From a bacterium (lineage in GTDB: Bacteria > Hydrothermota > Tepidihabitantia > SM23-42 > JAOAFX01): a stretch of 64,000 nt of DNA. Below are positions 57,110 to 64,000 of this stretch, piece after piece (the first letter of the stretch is position 1; each line of letters begins with the position of its first letter). The notes beneath the pieces were generated by a model. It ran no database searches and was not told the origin of the DNA. It saw nothing but the letters and a program-made list of their open reading frames with translations. A program made the position numbers and the translations under genes. The stretch lies in NCBI GenBank assembly GCA_036382775.1, contig DASVHD010000028.1:6306-70305 (forward strand). Direction: 5' to 3'.

Positions 57110-59671
57110 TTACTTGAATAATCCCTGAAGGTATTTTTCAACTGCAGCTAATTTTTTTACATCCGCGCCGCCACCCTCGGCGAGATGCGGTTTCCCGCCA
57201 CCCCCGCCGCTCCAGATCTTGCCTATCTCTTTAATGAGTTGGTTTGCTGGATGTTTTTTTATTAAATTATCACCAACAAAGACAATATAATCTGTTTTTT
57301 CGTTTTTATAAGTTATATATAAAACACCAATCAGAGTATCATTTTTCTCTCTTATTCTATCAGCTACAGCTTTTAAATTAATATTACCATATCTTTCATC
57401 GAGTCTATCAATTATATAATTTTTCTTTTCATTTTTTACTTTTTCTAAAAGTCTTTCAGCATCTATAGCAATTGCTTTTGAAACCCAATAGTCAATATCC
57501 TTTAGATATTCTTCACTTTCAATTAACATATTAATCACTCTTTTTATCAAACCTGAATCAGAATCAGACTTTAACTTGCTTTTTAATTCATTAATAATTT
57601 TATCTTTTTGCTGGATCTCATCGTACAGCTTCATCCCGACCACGGCCTCGATCCTGCGGATCCCCGCCGCGGCTGATTCCTGTGCCGTGATCTTGAGCAT
57701 GCCGATCTCGCCCGTGCGGTCGCAATGGGTGCCGCCGCAGAGCTCGATCGAAAAACCATCGATGCGGATGACCCGCACGTTCTCGCCGTACTTTTCGCCA
57801 AAAAGGGCCATGGCGCCCAGCTTCTTGGCTTCGTCCAGGTTCGTGTAGAATTTCTCGACCGCCAGATCAGCCATGATTTTTTCGTTAACTTTCTTCTCGA
57901 CGGCATCCATTTCATCATCGCTCAGCGGTTTGAAATGCGTGAAATCAAAACGGAACCTGCCAGGTTCCACAAAGGAACCTTCCTGGCGAGCATGCTCGCC
58001 CAAGACCTGGCGCAGCGCGGCATGCAGCAGATGCGTCGCCGTATGCGCCCTTGCGCATTCCTTTCTCCATACTACATCGACGGCGGCGCGAACCTGCTGC
58101 ACCGAGAACGTTCCTTCGGTCAGGACGCAGTGACAGACCGCTGCCTGCTGGAAATTATAAGTATCGGTCACGTCAAGTTTAAAATCCTTGCCTGTGATCA
58201 TACCCTTGTCGCCGACCTGGCCGCCCGACTCGGCATAAAATGGGTTATCCTTCAGCACCAGGTCGATAGTCTTGCCGTGCATATTGTAACGAAGGATGTC
58301 CGTTTCCACTTCTGTTGTTTCATAACCGACGAATTTCCAGGCACCTTCTTGCAGCACCTTCCATTCACCCTTGGGGATGAATTTCGCTTTTATCCTGGAC
58401 ATGTTCCGCGCCTGCTCCAGCATTTCGTAAAATTGCGCTTCCTCCACGGTAATGCCGCGCTCGCCGGCGATCTCGACGGTCAATTCTAAGGGGAAGCCAT
58501 AGGTGTCATACAACTTGAACGCATCGGCGCCGGAGATATTTTTCCCCTTGCTGCTGATCTCTTCAAACTGCAGGAGTCCCTTGTCCAGGGTGTCCAGGAA
58601 CCGCTCTTCTTCGGATTTCACCACCAGCGCGATCTCTTCGCGGCGCTTCGTGAGGTCAGGATAAGCTCCCTTGAACATATCGATGACCGTGCCGACCAGC
58701 TGGTAGATGAACGGCCCCTCGATCTTGAGCGTGCGCCCAAGTCGCAACGCGCGGCGCAGCAGTTTTCTCAGCACGTACCCGCGTTCCTCGTTCGACGGTA
58801 TGATACCGTCGCCGATCCCGAAAGTGAGGGCACGGCTGTGGTCGGCGATGACATTTACCGTGACATCCTGCTGGCGATCGCGTCCGTAGACAAGGCTGGC
58901 GTATCCGGTTATCATCTCTATGATCGGGTAGAACAGGTCGGTCTGAAAATTCGTATCTTTGTTCTGCAGCACCGAAACCAGCCGTTCAAAACCCATCCCG
59001 GTATCAACGCCCTTATTTTTCAGGGGCAGGCGTTCGCCCGACACGGTCTGGTCGAATTGCGGGAACACGAGATTCCAGATCTCGATATACCGGTCGCAAT
59101 CGCATCCCGGCGCGCACTCTTTCTTACCACAGGAGAATTTTTCACCGAGGTCATAGTAAACTTCCGAACAGGGACCGCATGGCCCCGAGTTGCCGGCGGG
59201 ACCCCAAAAATTCGTCTCATCGCCGAGCTTGAATATGCGATCGGCGCTCAAACCGATCTTTTTACGCCAAATGGAGTAAGATTCATCGTCGCTGTCAAGC
59301 ACCGATACCAGCAGGCGCTTTGTGTCTATCCCCAACACCGATACCAGGTATTCCCACGCCCAGGTGATCGCCTCCTCCTTGAAGTAATCACCGAACGAAA
59401 AGTTGCCCAGCATTTCAAAGAATGTAAGGTGGCGGCGCGTCTTGCCTACATTGTCCAGGTCAGATAGCCGCAGGCATTTCTGGATGCTCGCCGCTCGTTT
59501 GTAGGGCAGCGGAATAGATCCTGTCCATAGCGGTTTGAACTGAACCATTCCGGCGATAGTGAAAAGCACGGTCGGATCGTCGCGCGGTATCAAAGACATT
59601 GATGGCACGACCGTATGGTCGCGTTTCTTAAAAAAATCAAGGAAACTATCCCGTAGTTGCTGGCTATTCAT
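57110..59671 (-). CDS. alaS: alanine--tRNA ligase
   Basis: [29 protein letters not shown]...TIAGMVQFKP; editing-domain HxxxH/CxxxH; C-terminal DHHA1 and GGGGGKPHLAEGGG tail. Confidence 0.9.
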   Translation of the reverse strand: MNSQQLRDSFLDFFKKRDHTVVPSMSLIPRDDPTVLFTIAGMVQFKPLWTGSIPLPYKRAASIQKCLRLSDLDNVGKTRRHLTFFEMLGNFSFGDYFKEEAITWAWEYLVSVLGIDTKRLLVSVLDSDDESYSIWRKKIGLSADRIFKLGDETNFWGPAGNSGPCGPCSEVYYDLGEKFSCGKKECAPGCDCDRYIEIWNLVFPQFDQTVSGERLPLKNKGVDTGMGFERLVSVLQNKDTNFQTDLFYPIIEMITGYASLVYGRDRQQDVTVNVIADHSRALTFGIGDGIIPSNEERGYVLRKLLRRALRLGRTLKIEGPFIYQLVGTVIDMFKGAYPDLTKRREEIALVVKSEEERFLDTLDKGLLQFEEISSKGKNISGADAFKLYDTYGFPLELTVEIAGERGITVEEAQFYEMLEQARNMSRIKAKFIPKGEWKVLQEGAWKFVGYETTEVETDILRYNMHGKTIDLVLKDNPFYAESGGQVGDKGMITGKDFKLDVTDTYNFQQAAVCHCVLTEGTFSVQQVRAAVDVVWRKECARAHTATHLLHAALRQVLGEHARQEGSFVEPGRFRFDFTHFKPLSDDEMDAVEKKVNEKIMADLAVEKFYTNLDEAKKLGAMALFGEKYGENVRVIRIDGFSIELCGGTHCDRTGEIGMLKITAQESAAAGIRRIEAVVGMKLYDEIQQKDKIINELKSKLKSDSDSGLIKRVINMLIESEEYLKDIDYWVSKAIAIDAERLLEKVKNEKKNYIIDRLDERYGNINLKAVADRIREKNDTLIGVLYITYKNEKTDYIVFVGDNLIKKHPANQLIKEIGKIWSGGGGGKPHLAEGGGADVKKLAAVEKYLQGLFK

Positions 59672-60278
59672 GGTTTTCTCTGCCGCTCAGCAGTTCATAT
59701 ACGATGCCCGGCGTAAAACCCCGGGATACCAGGCGGCGGAATATCTTGTGCTTACTCTTGGGGTCACGGGCATCAAGATCTTTGAGTTTCCGCGCCATGA
59801 ATTCCTGCGCCAGAGTTCTTTCATCCCGTTTCTCCGTGATTTTGTCGATCACTTCCGGCGGGATACCTTTTTTCCGGAGTTGGTGCGCGATGAAAATATT
59901 GCCTTTCGGGTTTAATTTTGTGTAGTCACTGACGAACTCCAGCACGAACCGCTCGTCGTCGACCGTTTTATCGGCGGTCAGATCCTGGATGATTTCGCCG
60001 ACCAGCGGCTCATCAAATCCAAGCCGCACCAGTTTATCCTTGAGCTCAAGGCTTGAGCGATCGTGAAAGCGCAGTATCCGGAAAGCGCGCTCCCGGATCC
60101 GTTCTTTTTCCTGCGCCAGCACTATCGTCTGGATCTCGTCCGTTGTCAGCTCCTGGTCCACGTGCAGATCAAGCTTCATGACCACATCATTGCTCAAGCC
60201 GAACTTGAACTCACCGTCGATAAAAATCGACGAGCGTCGCTTGTTCTTTTTCTGCGGTTCGATCTTACTTATTTTCAA
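59664..60278 (-). CDS. recX: recombination regulator RecX
   Basis: [28 protein letters not shown]-terminus typical of RecX, three helical repeats; start placed at TTG 60278 just after recA stop (track ORF 60485 would overlap recA by 220 nt). Confidence 0.65.
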   Translation of the reverse strand: MKISKIEPQKKNKRRSSIFIDGEFKFGLSNDVVMKLDLHVDQELTTDEIQTIVLAQEKERIRERAFRILRFHDRSSLELKDKLVRLGFDEPLVGEIIQDLTADKTVDDERFVLEFVSDYTKLNPKGNIFIAHQLRKKGIPPEVIDKITEKRDERTLAQEFMARKLKDLDARDPKSKHKIFRRLVSRGFTPGIVYELLSGRENHE

Positions 60279-61281
60279 CTGGCTTGGTCTTGGGGAAAAG
60301 TTTGGCCCGAAGTTTTTCTTCGAGTTTTTCCGCGATATCCTTGTTGCTTTTAAGAAATTCGATCGCGGCGTCGCGACCCTGGCCGATCCGTTCTTCACCG
60401 CAGGAGAACCAGGTGCCCGATTTCTCGATGAACCCGTGGTCAACGCCAAGATCCACGAGCTCGCCATACCTGGAAATGCCTTCACCGTAGATAATATCGA
60501 ATTCAGCTTCGCGGAACGGCGGTGCCATTTTGTTCTTCACGACTTTTACCTTGGTCCGCGAGCCGACGATCGTTTCACCTTTCTTGATCGTCGCGATCCT
60601 CCTGATATCGACCCGAACTGACGAGTGGAACTTCAACGCCAAACCACCCGGCGTGGTTTCCGGCGAACCGTATAGGACGCCGATCTTCATGCGGATCTGG
60701 TTAATGAACACCGCGCAAGTCTTTGATTTGCTGATGACACTGGTCAATTTACGCAACGCCTGGGACATGAGCCGTGCTATCAACCCAACCTGCATTTCGC
60801 CCATCTCGCCCGCGATCTCGGCCTTGGGCACCAGGGCGGCGACCGAATCAATAACAATAATATCAATACCGCCCGACCGCGTAAGGATCTCGGCGATCTC
60901 GAGCGCCTGCTCGCCCGTATCCGGCTGCGAGATTAAAAGATCGTCCAAGTTGACGCCGATCGCCTGCGCGTACTTCGGATCGAACGCGTGCTCCGCGTCT
61001 ACAAATATCGCCGTGCCGCCGGCGCGCTGCGCCTGGGCAACAGCGGTCAGGGCAAGCGTTGTTTTACCCCCAGCCTCAGGTCCGTAGATCTCAATGACAC
61101 GGCCGCGTGGGAATCCACCGATCCCCAGCGCACTGTCCAGGGCAAGCGAACCGGTCGGTATAACCTCAACATCAACCCTGGATTGGCTCTCGCCCAGCCG
61201 CATCACTGAACCCTTTCCAAACTGCTTTTCGATCTGACTGATCGCCATGGAAAGGACTTTATCTTTTTCTTCCTTAGGCAT
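60265..61281 (-). CDS. recA: recombinase RecA
   Basis: [12 protein letters not shown] Walker A, 338 aa, full conservation of core. Confidence 0.95.
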   Translation of the reverse strand: MPKEEKDKVLSMAISQIEKQFGKGSVMRLGESQSRVDVEVIPTGSLALDSALGIGGFPRGRVIEIYGPEAGGKTTLALTAVAQAQRAGGTAIFVDAEHAFDPKYAQAIGVNLDDLLISQPDTGEQALEIAEILTRSGGIDIIVIDSVAALVPKAEIAGEMGEMQVGLIARLMSQALRKLTSVISKSKTCAVFINQIRMKIGVLYGSPETTPGGLALKFHSSVRVDIRRIATIKKGETIVGSRTKVKVVKNKMAPPFREAEFDIIYGEGISRYGELVDLGVDHGFIEKSGTWFSCGEERIGQGRDAAIEFLKSNKDIAEKLEEKLRAKLFPKTKPVENK

Positions 61282-61287
61282 ACTCCT

Positions 61288-61374
61288 CCTTATTTCTTTT
61301 GATAATCATAGTCAATTCCCACACCAAGTCAAGTGCACCCCCGGGGCGCACTTGTTCAAAATTCAGTGGAACAA
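61288..61374 (-). promoter_or_regulatory. recA promoter (TTGACT-16-TATGAT, SD AAGGAGG) with upstream GC palindrome and TTGTTC-N10-GAACAA dyad
   Basis: minus strand: TTTGTTCCACTGAATTTTGAACAA - GTGCGCCCCGGGGGTGCAC - TTGACTtggtgtgggaattgacTATGATtatcaaaagaaatAAGGAGGagtATG. Confidence 0.45.
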
Positions 61375-61484
61375 ATGTAGTCGCAATCTAAAGATTGCGA
61401 AATTACTTTAGATTTCAAGGCGTTTTTACGCAGGCTGAAGCCTGCGGCTATAACTCCACAGAAAATTGAACAACTACCAAAGGG

Positions 61485-63191
61485 TTATTCCCCCTTCCTT
61501 AACCTCAAAAGCTTTTCCCGCGGATAGGTGTTCACCACGTTTTTAGCCTCGAGCCATCCCCGACGGCACGTCGCCACGCCGTACTTCATCCAGCGCAATT
61601 CAGTCACGCCGTGCGCGTCCGTTCCCAGGCTGATCATGACCCCTGACTCCTTCGCCTTTTTCAAATTCACGTCGTTCAGGTCCAACCGGTCCGGGTACGC
61701 GTTGCATTCAAGCCAGGTCTTTGTTTCCGCCGCCTTTTCGATGATACGCGCGATATCGATAACATAGCCTTCTCGCTTGGAGATCAGCCGTCCCGTGGGA
61801 TGACCGATTAGGTCGACATTAGGATTTTCCATGGCATCGCTCATCCGCTCGGTGACGTTCTTGCTGAACCCCTGGTGCACCGATGCCACCACGATATCCA
61901 GTTTTTCCAGGACTGGATCCGGATAGTCGAGCTTACCCGTGGTGAGGATGTCGACTTCCACGCCTTTCAAAACCGTAAAGTTCTTTAACCGCTTATTTAA
62001 TTTGTCGATCTCTTCCCATTGTTTATACAGCCGATCCAGTTCCATGCCGTTCGCGTAGCGCGCCGTACGCGAGTGGTCCGTGATCAGGATGTATTCATAC
62101 CCCAGATCTTGGGCTTCAGCGACGAGTTCTTCGATCGTCGCGTCTGAATCAGAATAGACCGAGTGCATCTGCAGATCGCCCTTGATGTCCTTATGCTCGA
62201 CTAGATCTGGCAGCTTCCGGTTCATCGCCAGTTCTATCTCACCCCGGTCTTCACGTAATTCAGCCGGTATCCACGCCATGCCGAGCGCTTTATAAATACC
62301 TTCCTCATTTTCGCCGGCGATCCGGCGCTTACCCTTGAACAAGCCGTATTCGTTGAGCTTTAGTCCTTTATCCACGGCCAGGCCGCGCAACTTGACATTG
62401 TGTGCCTTGGAACCGGTGAAGTACTGGAGCGCCGCGCCGTATGACCGTTCGTTCACGATGCGGACATCGACCTGAACCCCGTCTTCCACGATGATCTCAC
62501 CTTTGGTGTCGCCAGCCGCCACCACTTCCTCGGTCTCGGGGAAACGGGTAAAAGTTTCAATAATCTTTTTGCCGTCCTTGCCCGTCGCCAGGATATCGAT
62601 ATCACCAATGTTCTCGTTCCAACGACGAAGCGACCCGGCCGCGGAAATATTGATGACATTGGTGTTTTTTCTCAGGTATGCGATCACCTTATCCGTCACT
62701 TCCTGCGCGACGTTGATCGCGAGCCGTTCATGGCTGCGTTCGTAGAGCAGGATCCCCTTCATGATGTTTTCTGTCTTTTTCGCGCCCATCATGGGCAGCT
62801 TGGCGAGGCTTCCGTCTTCGATCACGCGTTTCATTGAGGCAATGTCCTTGACACCCAGTTCTTTATTTGCCAGAGCCAGGGTTTTGGGGCCGATGTACTG
62901 GATGTTCAGCAATTCCAGGAGGGACAGCGGGATGCCCCTGGTGGCTTCCGCGAGCTTTTTCATCTTGCCCGTGGTCAGGTATTCTGATATCTTTTCGGCT
63001 ATGGCTTTGCCAACGCCCTCGAGCTGGTCAAGGGTTCCGGCCTTATGGAGATCGGCAATATCGTCCACCAGTTCTTCAAGGACGCGCGCGGTTTTGCGGT
63101 AGGCAATCACTTTGAAGACGTTCTCGCCCTTGAATTCCAGGGCATCGGCGATCTGGTTGAAGATCGCAGCTAGTTCCTTGTTTTTTTTCAT
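61485..63191 (-). CDS. polX: PolX-family DNA polymerase with C-terminal PHP domain
   Basis: N-terminal HhH/8-kDa domain (MKKNKELAAIFNQIADALEFKGENVFKVIAYRKTARVLEEL), Pol beta palm, PHP motif (HMHSVYSD, ITDHS). Confidence 0.85.
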   Translation of the reverse strand: MKKNKELAAIFNQIADALEFKGENVFKVIAYRKTARVLEELVDDIADLHKAGTLDQLEGVGKAIAEKISEYLTTGKMKKLAEATRGIPLSLLELLNIQYIGPKTLALANKELGVKDIASMKRVIEDGSLAKLPMMGAKKTENIMKGILLYERSHERLAINVAQEVTDKVIAYLRKNTNVINISAAGSLRRWNENIGDIDILATGKDGKKIIETFTRFPETEEVVAAGDTKGEIIVEDGVQVDVRIVNERSYGAALQYFTGSKAHNVKLRGLAVDKGLKLNEYGLFKGKRRIAGENEEGIYKALGMAWIPAELREDRGEIELAMNRKLPDLVEHKDIKGDLQMHSVYSDSDATIEELVAEAQDLGYEYILITDHSRTARYANGMELDRLYKQWEEIDKLNKRLKNFTVLKGVEVDILTTGKLDYPDPVLEKLDIVVASVHQGFSKNVTERMSDAMENPNVDLIGHPTGRLISKREGYVIDIARIIEKAAETKTWLECNAYPDRLDLNDVNLKKAKESGVMISLGTDAHGVTELRWMKYGVATCRRGWLEAKNVVNTYPREKLLRLRKGE

Positions 63192-63203
63192 TGTAAATTT
63201 TAC

Positions 63204-64000
63204 TTAACCAATGATTAAAACTGTTGAACCGGAGACTTTTGAATGCTTGATTTTCATTAGCGCCTTGTTCGCGTCGGTTAATTTATATTCATTTATTTCA
63301 ATTTTGATCTTGAACTCTGATGCTGCTTTCAAAAAGACGCGCACGCTCTCGCGCGTCGTGTTCGCGATCGAACACAGACATTTTTCCGGCCCGATCGCAG
63401 AATAGTCAAACCCCGGCAAAGGCGTCGCGTAAATACCGGCGGCTACGACCTTTCCGCCCTTATCGATCTTATCCAGCGCCTTGACGATCAGTTCGCCGCT
63501 GGGCGCGAATACGATCGCGGCGTCTAAAAATGTTTTCAACGAGTCAATATTACTGCCGGTCCATTCTGCACCGAGTTTCTTTGCCAGATCCAGTTCGCTT
63601 TTTGTCCGGGAAACAACGTACACCTCCAATCCTTTATGCACGGCGACCTGGATCAATATATGAGCGGATGAACCGAATCCAAAGAGCCCCAGTTTGCCTG
63701 AATTCTCCAGGCCGGTAGCATTGAACGCCTGATACCCGATCACGCCGGCGCAGAAAAGCGGCGCAGCTTGGGGATCAGAGTATTGTTGGGGCACTGGATA
63801 GATAAAATTTTCAGGAGCGATCATATACTCTGCGAATCCGCCGTCTGCGTCATACCCCGTGAACATCGCATCAGCGCACAGATTCTCTTTTCCCATAAGG
63901 CAATATTTGCATTTTCCGCATGTCTTGTATAACCAGGGTACACCGACCCTGTCGCCCGTCTTGTATTTCCTAACAGATTCACCGGGTTTGTCAATAAGAC
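63204..64000 (-). CDS. zinc-dependent alcohol dehydrogenase (MDR family), 5'-truncated by window edge
   Basis: structural-zinc Cys cluster GDRVGVPWLYKTCGKCKYCLMGKENLC continues in frame to position 64000; GLGGLG-like NAD motif (LGLFGFGSSAH). Confidence 0.8.
   Translation of the reverse strand, partial: LIDKPGESVRKYKTGDRVGVPWLYKTCGKCKYCLMGKENLCADAMFTGYDADGGFAEYMIAPENFIYPVPQQYSDPQAAPLFCAGVIGYQAFNATGLENSGKLGLFGFGSSAHILIQVAVHKGLEVYVVSRTKSELDLAKKLGAEWTGSNIDSLKTFLDAAIVFAPSGELIVKALDKIDKGGKVVAAGIYATPLPGFDYSAIGPEKCLCSIANTTRESVRVFLKAASEFKIKIEINEYKLTDANKALMKIKHSKVSGSTVLIIG

Noticed and set aside
57725-59467. Plus-strand ORFs inside alaS (57725..58489, 58838..59467)
   Set aside because: alaS on the minus strand is unambiguous.
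61429-61446. Hairpin CGCAGGCTGAAGCCTGCG as the polX intrinsic terminator
   Set aside because: On the minus strand it is followed by an A-run rather than a U-run (the T-run is on the wrong side), so it is non-canonical. It is kept only as a possible structural element.
1-64000. tRNA/rRNA genes, integrases, transposases, phage genes
   Set aside because: I scanned intergenic regions by eye for tRNA T-arm/acceptor signatures and ORF translations for integrase/transposase motifs and found none. A tRNAscan/ISfinder run would be needed to exclude small elements definitively.

Overview
This is a 64-kb chromosomal segment from a GC-rich (about 55-60%) bacterium whose secreted proteins carry type-IX-secretion (T9SS, Por-type) C-terminal sorting domains. 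Core housekeeping genes make up most of it (rocD, dapF, pgsA, recN, nadK, prmC-prfA, a four-subunit 2-oxoacid:ferredoxin oxidoreductase, radical-SAM/DUF2344 plus RNase G, tkt, dnaX-ybaB with an upstream SRP RNA, cmk, miaA, prepilin peptidase, alaS-recX-recA-polX). Accessory content includes three tandem paralogous FG-GAP beta-propeller T9SS cargo genes, one of them 1337 aa with internal tandem repeats, followed by an OmpA-family protein with a PorV/FadL-like barrel. There is a TolC-MFP-RND-TetR efflux operon. A small AT-rich island carries a methyltransferase and a UPF0104 'GGLGIREG' flippase-like protein next to a YfhO-like GT-C membrane protein. An NfeD protease sits with two beta-barrel proteins, one with a ComEA-like HhH domain. 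Things not explained by ordinary annotation: a complete promoter-SD-terminator mini-gene encoding a 23-aa polylysine peptide; a T9SS cargo gene whose signal peptide is cut off from the mature domain by an in-frame TGA; an abrupt AT-rich in-frame segment inside alaS; CCCTCCC/GGGAGGG hairpin repeats; a 22-bp perfect palindrome at an OMP gene start; apparently leaderless tkt and cmk; and a truncated S8 protease. There is no CRISPR array, integrase or obvious phage genes. Many antisense ORFs in the six-frame track are GC-driven artefacts.
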